A stretch of 64,000 nucleotides of DNA, taken from assembly GCA_028289135.1 (NCBI GenBank), contig JAQGGW010000002.1:36255-100254 (forward strand), read 5' to 3'. The notes below the pieces were generated by a model. The model saw nothing but the letters and a program-made list of their open reading frames with translations. It ran no database searches and had not been told where the DNA came from. This DNA is from Candidatus Saccharimonadota bacterium. Lineage in GTDB: Bacteria > Patescibacteriota > Saccharimonadia > Saccharimonadales > JACDBH01. How positions within the stretch are numbered: position 1 is the first letter of the stretch; every line of letters starts with the position of its first letter. The position numbers and the translations under genes were made by a program. Of this stretch, positions 31,028-40,766 are shown piece after piece.

Positions 31028-31936
31028 ATGGCAAACAAAAACAAACGTATTTTTAGTTTACGTTTTACATTCCTGGGCTTTCTGTCTGTTCTGTCGCTAT
31101 CTGCTGGCATAATGCTTATGACGCACAAACTACCTGTTTATGCCGTCACGAACCCACAATCTGGTTCCACGGGCCTAAACGCCGAGATTCCTGGCCCGCC
31201 GCCTAAAAACGCGGCTCATATAGCTTTTCCAAACAGCGGCCAGAGCTTTGATACGCTGCCGGTTAAAGTTGGGGGTACCTGTGACGGCACTTTGCTGATT
31301 AAACTTTTCAAAAATGGGATTTTTGCCGGTTCTACACAGTGTGCCAATGGTACATTTTCTATTTCTACCGACCTGTTTAACGGCTCGAACGAGCTTATTG
31401 CCCGTGTTTATGACGCTCTGGACCAAACAGGTCCCGATTCTAATACCGTTACCGTCAACTTTACGCCAACCGGCTTCAATAACTCCGGTCCGCGCGTGGC
31501 GTTAACGAGCGACTTTGCCAAGCGCGGCGCAAACCCAGGCGACACGCTAAACTGGCCTATTATCTTAAGCGGCGGGGTTGGCCCATACGCGATAAGTGTG
31601 GATTGGGGTGATGGAACCACGGAGCTAATTAGTAAAAGCTTTACCGGGGAAATTGATATTAGTCACAAATACGCTAAACCGGGTGTCTATACGGTAATTA
31701 TTAAGGTAACTGACGCCAACGGCGAATCTTCGTTTTTGCAGCTGGTGGCGGTGGCCAACGGCGCTTTAAGCCAAGTTGACCAGCTTAGCAAAACCAACAC
31801 GCCGACTACAAAAAACGTTATTTTGTGGTGGCCGACAATCGCGGCTTTTGCTTTGGTAGTATTGAGTTTTTGGCTTGGGTCTATGAGCAGACTGATTTCT
31901 CTTAGGAAACAAGCCGAAAAACGCATTAATTATTAA
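31028..31936 (+). CDS. Ig-like/PKD domain surface protein with C-terminal TM
   Basis: VDWGDG...HKYAKPGVYTVIIKVTDANG PKD signature; N- and C-terminal hydrophobic helices. Confidence 0.8.
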   Translation: MANKNKRIFSLRFTFLGFLSVLSLSAGIMLMTHKLPVYAVTNPQSGSTGLNAEIPGPPPKNAAHIAFPNSGQSFDTLPVKVGGTCDGTLLIKLFKNGIFAGSTQCANGTFSISTDLFNGSNELIARVYDALDQTGPDSNTVTVNFTPTGFNNSGPRVALTSDFAKRGANPGDTLNWPIILSGGVGPYAISVDWGDGTTELISKSFTGEIDISHKYAKPGVYTVIIKVTDANGESSFLQLVAVANGALSQVDQLSKTNTPTTKNVILWWPTIAAFALVVLSFWLGSMSRLISLRKQAEKRINY

Positions 31937-31968
31937 GTTTTACTCTCTTTTGATATAATTAATACAAC

Positions 31969-33012
31969 ATGTCAAAGAAAGTTTATGTTGGCCTCTCTGG
32001 AGGCGTAGATAGTTCTGTCACGGCAGCTTTGCTCAAAGAGCAGGGCTATGACGTTGTGGGCGTTTATATGAAAAACTGGAGCAAGGATCTGCCCGGTTTT
32101 ACTTGCCCGTGGAAAGAGGATTTTACAGATGCCAAGCGGGTTGCGGTGCAGCTTGGTATCCCGTTTAAAATGTATGATTTTGAGACCGAATACCGCCAAA
32201 AGGTTGTGGACTACATGGTGGCCGAATACCAGGCCGGCCGGACGCCAAACCCCGACATTATGTGCAACCAAGAGGTAAAGTTTAAGCTGTTTTTGGAAAC
32301 AGCGCTTGAGGATGGCGCAGACTATATCGCAACAGGCCACTATGCCGCTACCAAAGACGGCCAACTGCTGCGAGCCAAGGACGACAACAAAGACCAGACC
32401 TATTTTCTCTACCGGGTGACTGAATCAGCCTTGCAGAAAACGCTCTTCCCGCTGGGGGTTTATTCAAAGCCCGAGGTGCGTGAGCTTGCTAAAAAGTTCG
32501 GCCTGGTAACGGCCGCAAAAAAAGAAAGCATGGGCATTTGCTTTGTTGGTAAAGTGGGGATTAAGGACTTTTTGCTTAACGAACTTGGCCCGCAAAAACA
32601 CGGTGACATTTTGGACCAAAACGGGGTCAGGATTGGCGAGCACGACGGCGCGATTTTTTATACCATTGGGCAGCGCCACGGGCTGGACGTTGGCGGCGGC
32701 TTGCCGTATTACGTTACATCTAAGGATATGAAAAAGAACGAGGTTTACGTTACGACTGACATTTCCGACGAGCGCCTATGGCACAAAGAGCTAAAATTGG
32801 GAGACATGCATTGGATAAACCAACCGCCAAAAGAAGGTGCCAAACTGCAGGTCCGCACCCGGCACCGCGCAGCATTGGTGAACTGTGATATTTATCACAC
32901 TTCTGAGGGCGCAACCCTTAAACTTGGCGATGATATCCGAGCCCTAACGCCTGGCCAATCGGCGGTGCTATATAGTGGCAACCACGTGCTCGGCGGCGGC
33001 ATAATTATCTAA
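31969..33012 (+). CDS. mnmA: tRNA 2-thiouridylase MnmA
   Basis: SGGVDS, TPNPDIMCN, ATGHYA, KDQTYFL, ESMGICF, YTIGQR and TPGQSAV motifs. Confidence 0.97.
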   Translation: MSKKVYVGLSGGVDSSVTAALLKEQGYDVVGVYMKNWSKDLPGFTCPWKEDFTDAKRVAVQLGIPFKMYDFETEYRQKVVDYMVAEYQAGRTPNPDIMCNQEVKFKLFLETALEDGADYIATGHYAATKDGQLLRAKDDNKDQTYFLYRVTESALQKTLFPLGVYSKPEVRELAKKFGLVTAAKKESMGICFVGKVGIKDFLLNELGPQKHGDILDQNGVRIGEHDGAIFYTIGQRHGLDVGGGLPYYVTSKDMKKNEVYVTTDISDERLWHKELKLGDMHWINQPPKEGAKLQVRTRHRAALVNCDIYHTSEGATLKLGDDIRALTPGQSAVLYSGNHVLGGGIII

Positions 33013-33082
33013 AATACCTCTGTTCGGTACCTCCAAAGTGCTGTATGCTGAGAATAAGCATAACCCCACAAAGGAATTAATC

Positions 33083-34882
33083 ATGGAACCCGAAGTAAAC
33101 AAGCCCGAAGAAACTAAAGCTCCGGATGAATTAGCACCCGTGACTTCTGCAGAAACTCCCGTAGCAGCCACTGTTGGCATTATGGATGATAAAAAACCAA
33201 GCAAAAAGAAGATGCTTATTATTCTGGCCGTAATTTTGGTCATTGCTGCCGTCATAATCCCATATTTGGTATTTTCAAAAGACAAACCAGCATCATCAAG
33301 CACCGCACCAGCCCAAAAAGTAGCCGCTACAAAGACCGCAGCTCCCGTGCCCACTGAGGCCGAAAAGCAGCTAGCCCGCCTAACCACTCCAACGACTGGC
33401 GAAACATGGAACACCGAACCTAAAACACTGCCATTGCAAGGGTTTTTGAACAAAAGTGACTATACCGAAAGCAGCGACGAAGTTTCTTATTACGAAGTGG
33501 GCAAGCATGGTGCCAACACTATCATTATGGGCATCTACTACGGTGGTGGAGAAATTGTAGAACTGTACGAAAAAGCGCCAGACGGTAAAGTAACTGTCAT
33601 CACACACCCGGATGGGAACGCTACTTATTCGGCCCAGGACGATAGCTACACAAAAGACCGCTACCGCACCGATGTTATAGTGGATACAATACAGCATTAC
33701 GATTCTTTGAGCATTCCTTCGCAGTTTTCACTTGGAAATAATGAAGTTGCCACAAAGTTTCAGTATCCGTCGCTTGGCGAATATTTCCCGGACCAAAAAG
33801 CAGACGCATCGGTAAAAGAAACCGCCATTAAAACTTATGGTGCTACAACGCTCTTAAAAATCGAACGTAAATATGCCGACACTGGACTAACGGCAATATC
33901 GTATAAACTTAAACTCGCGATCGGCACAGACTATTCGTTGACCTACACGCCAATCAAGCAAGATTTTAGCAGCATAACATGGGACGACAGCTCAATCTTG
34001 ACGGGAAAGTTCGGTGGGATTGTACGCGGTTGCGGCGCTGGCATATCTGTTAGCCGTGGCGATAATGTCACTGATGCGGACTTTGTTAAATCTGGCATTG
34101 CGTCCAACGGCAACGTATACAATTTTAAAGACACCAGCAACGTCACAGTACAAAAGGCGTGGCAAGAAACCAAAGATTTTTATGCTGGCAATGATGATCC
34201 TGCTAACAAGGCCAAGGCTACGATTACTTTGGATGCTTTTCTGGCCAAACACGGAATCTTTGCCTACAAAGACAAAAACAACGGTTGGCTAATCTATACC
34301 AACGACGATTATGCGCCAATCGGCGGCTGTGCCAAACCGGTTGTGTACCTCTATCCAATTGTTGCCGAGAATGTTTCGGTCAAAGTGGGCGCTGATGTAA
34401 AGATCTCTGATCCTCTATATAATCCTTCCATTGGCTGGCAGGCTTTTGCCCAGCCAAACGGCCAGCTGACTGTTGGCGGCAAGACTTACGGTTCGCTATT
34501 CTGGGAGGGCCCAGGCCACGGCGACTATCCTGGCATTACCGCCGGGACTGTCGTGAAGCACGCCGATGTGGTGTCTACGATGCGCACTCAGCTTGCCCAG
34601 CAGGGGTTGAACCAGAATGAAATTAACGACTTTGTGGACTATTGGCAGACCCGCATCCCCAACAAACCATACGTCCGCCTCGCGTGGTTTAATACAGATC
34701 AAATGAATAAACTTGCGCCGCTAACAATTTCTCCAAAGCCAACCACCACCATCCGCGTATTCTTAGATATGGCCGGATCAGACAGCAACTTCTCTATGGT
34801 TAAGCCGCAGTTTAGCGCGCCAGCACGCAACGGCTTTACGGCTGTTGAGTGGGGCGGACTTTCGCTCAGTAAATTATATTAG
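33083..34882 (+). CDS. Membrane-anchored protein with C-terminal KPVxYLYP...EWGG domain
   Basis: N-terminal TM; C-terminal GCAKPVVYLYP, LFWEG and GFTAVEWGG (family of unknown function). Confidence 0.75.
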   Translation: MEPEVNKPEETKAPDELAPVTSAETPVAATVGIMDDKKPSKKKMLIILAVILVIAAVIIPYLVFSKDKPASSSTAPAQKVAATKTAAPVPTEAEKQLARLTTPTTGETWNTEPKTLPLQGFLNKSDYTESSDEVSYYEVGKHGANTIIMGIYYGGGEIVELYEKAPDGKVTVITHPDGNATYSAQDDSYTKDRYRTDVIVDTIQHYDSLSIPSQFSLGNNEVATKFQYPSLGEYFPDQKADASVKETAIKTYGATTLLKIERKYADTGLTAISYKLKLAIGTDYSLTYTPIKQDFSSITWDDSSILTGKFGGIVRGCGAGISVSRGDNVTDADFVKSGIASNGNVYNFKDTSNVTVQKAWQETKDFYAGNDDPANKAKATITLDAFLAKHGIFAYKDKNNGWLIYTNDDYAPIGGCAKPVVYLYPIVAENVSVKVGADVKISDPLYNPSIGWQAFAQPNGQLTVGGKTYGSLFWEGPGHGDYPGITAGTVVKHADVVSTMRTQLAQQGLNQNEINDFVDYWQTRIPNKPYVRLAWFNTDQMNKLAPLTISPKPTTTIRVFLDMAGSDSNFSMVKPQFSAPARNGFTAVEWGGLSLSKLY

Positions 34883-34920
34883 TTTTGTCTTCGATATGAC
34901 CTCTGTTAAAATAGTATGCA

Positions 34921-34986
34921 ATGAAGACATATCATCATGGAGCTGCTACGGCATGCGCGGAAAGCTATCACTTAATTTCATTTTAA
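34921..34986 (+). promoter_or_regulatory. Ala-rich leader peptide of alaS (MKTYHHGAATACAESYHLISF*)
   Basis: Four Ala in six codons. ATG lies 8 nt after TGTTAAAAT. Overlapping hairpin GCGG..ACTTAA/TTAAGT-CCGC followed by TTT. Confidence 0.7.
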
Positions 34987-35024
34987 GTCCGCTTTAAATT
35001 TGTAAAATAACAGAGGTAGAAATC

Positions 35025-36923
35025 ATGATGAACGCTCAAGACATTAGAAACAAGTATCTAAAATTTATGGAAGCCCAAGGCCACGTGGTAATACCGCGCG
35101 CGCTGGTTGTCCCGCAAAACGACCCTTCGACACTTTTCACCGGATCTGGTATGCAGCCGCTGATCCCGTACTTGCTCGGCGAAAAGCACCAAAACGGCAC
35201 ACGGCTGGTCGACAGCCAAACATGCCTTCGCGCCCAGGACATTGATGAAGTTGGCGACAATCGCCATACGACGTTTTTTGAAATGCTCGGCAACTGGTCT
35301 CTGGGCGACTATTTTAAAAAGGAACAGCTTCGATGGTTTTTTGAATTTTTGGTAGGCGAAGTTGGCTTGGATCCTGAACGCTTGTACGTAACTTGCTGCA
35401 GCGGATTTCCGGAGTTTAATGTGCCAAAAGATGAAGAGTCGGCAGAGCTTTGGACGGATTTGTTTAAAGAACAAGGTGTGGACGCTAAAAAAATTGATAT
35501 TGGCAGCGAGGAAAATGGTTACCAAGTAGGTGAGCAAGGCGGCCGTATATTCTTTTATGACAAAAAGAACTGGTGGAATAGAGGTACTGCAGGACCAGGA
35601 ACTACTGCCATCGGTGACCCATGCGGCCCCGACAGTGAAGTGTTTTATTTGTTTGACCAGCCGCACGATACCAAATGGGGGCCAAAATGCCATCCCAACT
35701 GCGACTGCGGTAGATTTATGGAAATCGGCAACTCAGTCTTTATGGAATATCTGCGAACCGATAAAGGTTTTGAAAAACTGCCAGCTAAAAACGTAGACTT
35801 TGGCGGTGGGCTTGAGCGCATTGCCGCAGCCCAGATCAACAGCTCCGACGTCTTTAAGATTAGTATTTTGTGGCCAATTATCGAAGCATTAGAAAAACTC
35901 AGCGGCAAAAATTACGACAGCCACACTGAAAGTATGCGTGTAATTGCCGATCACCTCCGGGCCGCAACGTTTTTGGCCGTGGATGGTATTACGCCAAGCA
36001 ACAAAGAGCAGGGCTACGTTATGCGCCGCCTTGTCCGCCGTGCAATCCGCAAGGCTTTTGACCTTGGTATTGAGCAAAACTTTTTAGAGGAGATCGTACC
36101 CGTAATTACAAACCTTTATAAAGATGACTATCCAGAAGTTGATGCTGGAGTGCAAAAAGTTGTTGAAGTGTTGGCGCGCGAGGAAAAAGTTTTCCGCCAG
36201 ACCCTCCGCAGTGGCCAAAAACTTTTGGAAAGAATGCACAAAGATGAAAAAGCGCTTACAGGTATAGATTTGTTCCGTTTGTATGATACCTATGGCTATC
36301 CTAAGGAGCTTGCTTTAGAAGAAGCTCAGATTTTAGGAATGAAGACACATAGTATAGAAAATCTTATGATGGTGTTTGACCAAGAAATGCAAAAACAGCG
36401 AGAAATGAGTCAAACGGCAGCAAAAGGCACATTCAAGGGTGGCCTTGGCGGCCAGACTGAAATGCATAAAAAGTATCACACCGCGACGCACCTTATGTAC
36501 CAGGCATTACGCCAAGTTTTGGGCGACCATGTGGTCCAAAACGGCAGCAACATTACCGAAGAGCGCCTGCGTTTTGACTTTAGCCACCCCGAAAAAGTAA
36601 CCCCAGAACAGATTGCCGAAGTAGAAAAAATCGTCAACGAACAGATCGGCAAAGACCTAAAAGTCAGCTTTGCCGAATACCCAACCAAGGTAGCCCGCGA
36701 AGAAATGGGTGCGCTTGGACAGTTTGGCGACCGCTACGGCGAAACAGTAAAGGTCTACAAAATGATAGCAGATGGTGCCGAAAAGCCATTTAGCTTTGAA
36801 ATCTGTGGCGGCCCGCACGTTGACCACACTTTGCAGTTGTATGAAGATGGCAAAAAGTTTAAGATAATTAAAGAAGAAGCAAGCTCGGCCGGCATCCGCC
36901 GTATCAAGGCCGTTTTAGTTTAA
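35025..36923 (+). CDS. alaS: Alanyl-tRNA synthetase (short form without C-Ala)
   Basis: LFTGSGMQ, HTTFFEMLGNWS, GPDSE, DFGGGLER, ADHLR and editing motifs HTATH/CGGPH; ends GIRRIKAV. Confidence 0.97.
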   Translation: MMNAQDIRNKYLKFMEAQGHVVIPRALVVPQNDPSTLFTGSGMQPLIPYLLGEKHQNGTRLVDSQTCLRAQDIDEVGDNRHTTFFEMLGNWSLGDYFKKEQLRWFFEFLVGEVGLDPERLYVTCCSGFPEFNVPKDEESAELWTDLFKEQGVDAKKIDIGSEENGYQVGEQGGRIFFYDKKNWWNRGTAGPGTTAIGDPCGPDSEVFYLFDQPHDTKWGPKCHPNCDCGRFMEIGNSVFMEYLRTDKGFEKLPAKNVDFGGGLERIAAAQINSSDVFKISILWPIIEALEKLSGKNYDSHTESMRVIADHLRAATFLAVDGITPSNKEQGYVMRRLVRRAIRKAFDLGIEQNFLEEIVPVITNLYKDDYPEVDAGVQKVVEVLAREEKVFRQTLRSGQKLLERMHKDEKALTGIDLFRLYDTYGYPKELALEEAQILGMKTHSIENLMMVFDQEMQKQREMSQTAAKGTFKGGLGGQTEMHKKYHTATHLMYQALRQVLGDHVVQNGSNITEERLRFDFSHPEKVTPEQIAEVEKIVNEQIGKDLKVSFAEYPTKVAREEMGALGQFGDRYGETVKVYKMIADGAEKPFSFEICGGPHVDHTLQLYEDGKKFKIIKEEASSAGIRRIKAVLV

Positions 36924-36924
36924 A

Positions 36925-37314
36925 ATGGTTAGTGACGGAACAGAAACATATGGCCGGGGCGGACTTGACCCTTTTTATGGAATGTCTCTCGAAAGATTGC
37001 CTTCCATGCATGTTGATGAATGCCAGTTGGTAGCATGTGCTAGTAACGTAAAACAAGAACAACCAGAATATTTTGGTGGCCCGATTACGGTTAAACTTCA
37101 TTACAGGTTTGACGAGCCGCTTGAAGCCATTGCAAGCAAATGCCTAAGCTGCGGAGTTACTGACCGCCTCGTTTTTAGCGAGATAGACGACTTTAATGAA
37201 ATGGCAGTTGAAGGCATGAAGCGTGCTATGACACGTTGCGAACGCAAAAAAACTGCTGAAACTGAAGCAGACACCGGGCTTATGGTTACTGAACGTTCAG
37301 AAACTGATTTTTAA
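36925..37314 (+). CDS. Hypothetical protein
   Basis: 129-aa ORF starting 1 nt after the alaS stop; has CxxxxC and CxxC. Confidence 0.5.
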   Translation: MVSDGTETYGRGGLDPFYGMSLERLPSMHVDECQLVACASNVKQEQPEYFGGPITVKLHYRFDEPLEAIASKCLSCGVTDRLVFSEIDDFNEMAVEGMKRAMTRCERKKTAETEADTGLMVTERSETDF

Positions 37315-37355
37315 AGAGATTTTCCTATCTGTAACGTGGTACAATTAACGCGTAT

Positions 37356-38639
37356 ATGCTTAATAAAATAAAAGGCCTACGGTCTGGTTCTAAAAAGGGT
37401 AATTCTGCACCGCAGCACATCGTGGCGCTTGATATTGGTACCGAAAACGTCAAGGCGTTGATTGGCCGGGTTAAAGACGACATTATAGAGATAATAGGCG
37501 TTGGCCGGGCCCACCAAGAATTGGCCGACATGCAGGCGGGCGCAATTGCCGATATCGCTGGTGTAGTTAAAAACTGCGATACAGCGCTTGGTATTGCAGA
37601 AAAAATGGCTGGTGTTAGTGTCCGCGGCACGGTTATTGGCATTGCTGGCGAGCTGGTTAAAGGCACCACAACTACTGTTAAATTTACCCGCAAAAACGCA
37701 TCGAGCCCGCTTGATATGCCGGAAGTTGAGCGGATTATTAAACTTGTCCAAGAACGCGCCGAACAAAAGGCCAAGCAGCAGCTGGCCTGGGAGCTGGGGG
37801 GCAAAGACGTTGAAATTCGTTTGGTTAACAGTGCGCTTGTGAGCATTACTATCGACGGCTATAACGTTAGCAACCCGGTTGGCTTCCAGGGCAAAGATGT
37901 TTTGGTCCAGCTTTATACCGCGTTTGCACCGCTGATCCACATTGGCGCTCTTGAAAGAACTGCCCACGAACTTGACCTTGACCTGCTGGCCGTTGCCGCT
38001 GAGCCGTTTGCCGTGGCTAGAAGCGTGATTGGCAACGAACAAAATGCTAGTATGAGCGCCATTTTAATGGATGTTGGCGGCGGCACAACAGACATTGCCG
38101 TTGTAAACGAAGGCGGCGTTGAAGGCACCAAAATGTTTGGCATTGGAGGCCGGGCTTATACCCGCTCGATTGAGCGCGATATGGATGTGGACTTTGAAAA
38201 GGCCGAAATGTTTAAGCTGGGAATTGAAAGCCACAAAATCCCCGAACACCGCCGCAAACATATCAGCGATGCCTTAAAAAAGACTTTGGATGTTTGGCTC
38301 AGCGGCGTGGAATTGGGACTTGGAGAATTTACCAAGCTTGACCATTTGCCGCATAAGATTTTGCTTTGCGGAGGCGGCTCAAGCCTTGAAATGCTGATGA
38401 ATGAACTTGATTCCACAGATTGGTACAAAAGTCTGCCATTTACGCGCCGGCCCGAAGTACAGCATATTGAACCAAGTGAAGTCGTGGGCATTGTTGACAA
38501 AACAGGTGCTGTGACCGACCATACCTTTATAACCGCAATGGGTTTGCTCCGCGTTGGACTTGATACCATTAACCAACAGAAGCCAGGCCCGGCCACCGGT
38601 TCTATCAAAGAAAGAATAAATAGGCTATTAAGCGTATGA
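37356..38639 (+). CDS. FtsA-like actin-fold ATPase
   Basis: ALDIGTENVK, DVGGGTTDIAV, IGGRAYT and LCGGGS motifs. No ftsZ nearby. Confidence 0.85.
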   Translation: MLNKIKGLRSGSKKGNSAPQHIVALDIGTENVKALIGRVKDDIIEIIGVGRAHQELADMQAGAIADIAGVVKNCDTALGIAEKMAGVSVRGTVIGIAGELVKGTTTTVKFTRKNASSPLDMPEVERIIKLVQERAEQKAKQQLAWELGGKDVEIRLVNSALVSITIDGYNVSNPVGFQGKDVLVQLYTAFAPLIHIGALERTAHELDLDLLAVAAEPFAVARSVIGNEQNASMSAILMDVGGGTTDIAVVNEGGVEGTKMFGIGGRAYTRSIERDMDVDFEKAEMFKLGIESHKIPEHRRKHISDALKKTLDVWLSGVELGLGEFTKLDHLPHKILLCGGGSSLEMLMNELDSTDWYKSLPFTRRPEVQHIEPSEVVGIVDKTGAVTDHTFITAMGLLRVGLDTINQQKPGPATGSIKERINRLLSV

Positions 38640-40351
38640 GTGAGAACGGCAAGCACACAGTATATATAGACCTCGACGACGAAATTACGGCGATTATCGA
38701 GAAGGTTAAAGCCGCTCCAGAGAAGATCGTAGCTTTGGTGCTGCCAAAGCGCGCCACCGTGCTCCAGAGTGTAGTCAACATGAAGCTGCTTAAAAAGTCC
38801 GCCCTTGCCGCAAAAAAAAGCTTAGTGCTAATTACCTCGGAGGCAGGACTTTTACCGCTTGCCGGAGTAGTTGGCATCCATGTGGCAAAAAGCCTGCAGA
38901 GTAAGCCAGAAATCCCGCTTTTGCCGCGCCGTGATGACGATATGGACTCCGAAATTAGCGAAGCGCTAGATGATGAACCAGAAGTAGACAAAACCAAATC
39001 TGTTGGAGCGCTTGCCGCTGCCGCCAAACCGCTGGATGACGACGAAACCGAAACTATTGAGCTGGACGACGTAGATACGGCCGAAGAACCAGATGCCGAA
39101 GCGCCTAAAGGCAAAAAGAAGCTTGCCAAAGTCTTTAAGGTGCCAAATTTTGACCGTTTCCGTTTGAGCTTTTTCTTGGTTATTTTGGCGGTTATTCTGT
39201 TGGTTGGAGGCTGGGTATTCGCGGCCGTCGTGCTGCCAAAAGCGACAGTACTAATCGATACCGACACCAGCACCAGCGTGTCGGACATTACTTTTACCGC
39301 TAATACTGCTTTGAATGACCTCGATCTTAGCAAGTCATTGGTCCCAGCCGTGCAAAAAGAAGTTAAGAAAACCGACACCGAAAAAGCTACTCCAACAGGC
39401 AAGAAAGACAATGGCACAAAGGCCACAGGCACAATGACGCTTACTAACTGTATTAACGACGCCAACTCACACACCGTCCCGGCCGGAACAGGCTTTAGTA
39501 ATGGAAGCCTTACTTTTACAACGAACGAAGCAGTAACGCTTGAGCCAGCACTCTTCAGTGGTCCAAACTGTAAGAGTTCTACTTTTGGGCTAAACAAAGA
39601 CGTGGGCGTAACTGCAATTGCTGGCGGCACAAACTACAATGTTCCAGCCCATGCCTACACTTCATCAATTAGCGGAATTAATGCTTATGGCAGTGACATG
39701 GCTGGCGGTACTACAAGTGTTGTTACTGTTGTGGCACAGTCCGATATCGACGCCGCTGTTGCCAAAATGAAAGGCCGCCAAGACACTTCAGCTACAACCG
39801 ACCTGGCAAACGCGCTTCAAGCGGGTGGCCTAAAGGGATTGGACGAGACCAAAACAATCAGCGACCCTGTCATTACTGCAACTCCGGCCGTTGGCACCGA
39901 AGGCACCGCCGACATTACCATTACATCTGTTACAACTTATGACATCTTGGGCGTAAAGACAGACTTTCTAAACCAATTGATCAAAAAGGACGTTTCCACA
40001 AAAGCCACTGCCAGCAAAGAAGGCATCCTGGACAATGGGCTCGGCTCGGCATTGATCCATATTGTTAATAAAAAGAGCCCAACCGAGGTCCAGATGTCAC
40101 TGCACGCGATTGTCATATCCGGTCCAACCCTGGACGCGGGCGCAATCAAGGACGAAATCCGCGGCAAGAAAAAAGGTGATGCCGAGCAGATTATTTCTTC
40201 CAAGCCAGGCGTAAAAAGTGTGACAATTACCTACAAACCGTTCTGGGTGCTGTCAACGCCAAAAGCCGTTAAAAAGATTACCGTTACCATCAAGAAACCG
40301 GTCGTAACACCGTCTACAGGAAAAGATACATCAAATGGCTACAACCCGTAA
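38636..40351 (+). CDS. Bitopic membrane protein with extracellular baseplate-J-like beta domain
   Basis: Cytoplasmic domain, acidic linker and TM, then KATGTMTLTN...VPAGT.F...F.T...A...G..YN.....GG. Confidence 0.6.
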   Translation: MSENGKHTVYIDLDDEITAIIEKVKAAPEKIVALVLPKRATVLQSVVNMKLLKKSALAAKKSLVLITSEAGLLPLAGVVGIHVAKSLQSKPEIPLLPRRDDDMDSEISEALDDEPEVDKTKSVGALAAAAKPLDDDETETIELDDVDTAEEPDAEAPKGKKKLAKVFKVPNFDRFRLSFFLVILAVILLVGGWVFAAVVLPKATVLIDTDTSTSVSDITFTANTALNDLDLSKSLVPAVQKEVKKTDTEKATPTGKKDNGTKATGTMTLTNCINDANSHTVPAGTGFSNGSLTFTTNEAVTLEPALFSGPNCKSSTFGLNKDVGVTAIAGGTNYNVPAHAYTSSISGINAYGSDMAGGTTSVVTVVAQSDIDAAVAKMKGRQDTSATTDLANALQAGGLKGLDETKTISDPVITATPAVGTEGTADITITSVTTYDILGVKTDFLNQLIKKDVSTKATASKEGILDNGLGSALIHIVNKKSPTEVQMSLHAIVISGPTLDAGAIKDEIRGKKKGDAEQIISSKPGVKSVTITYKPFWVLSTPKAVKKITVTIKKPVVTPSTGKDTSNGYNP

Positions 40352-40766
40352 TGTAATTGGCTTGGATGTGGGCGACAGGCGGGTCGGCGTTGCCATTGCA
40401 AGTTTGGAAGCCCGCATGGCCAGCCCGCTGCTTACAATCGACCGCCAAGTTTCGGATGACATTTTTCTAGAAATTTCGGAATTATTAAAAAAGCACGACG
40501 CCGAAGTGGTAGTGGTGGGATTGCCGCGTGATATGGAAGGGCGTGAGACTGCCCAAACTCGTTCTGCCCGTGACTTTGCTGCAACTCTGGAAAAGTCCTG
40601 CGGATTGCCGGTGCACATGCAGGACGAAGCGGCCACATCGATTGCTGCCGAGGAAACGCTAAAAGAGCTGGGCAAACCTTACCAAAAAGGTGACATCGAC
40701 AAATACGCGGCGGCGATTATTTTAGATGACTGGCTGGCAAACGCTGTACAAACGGAGTCAAAATAA
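40335..40766 (+). CDS. ruvX: YqgF/RuvX family nuclease
   Basis: GLDVGDRRVGVA, VVGLP, QDE..TS and IDKYAAAIIL motifs. Confidence 0.93.
   Translation: MATTRNVIGLDVGDRRVGVAIASLEARMASPLLTIDRQVSDDIFLEISELLKKHDAEVVVVGLPRDMEGRETAQTRSARDFAATLEKSCGLPVHMQDEAATSIAAEETLKELGKPYQKGDIDKYAAAIILDDWLANAVQTESK

Noticed and set aside
38636..40351. Prophage or tailocin suggested by the baseplate-J-like domain
   Set aside because: No other phage structural genes; the protein is a bitopic membrane protein in a housekeeping operon.
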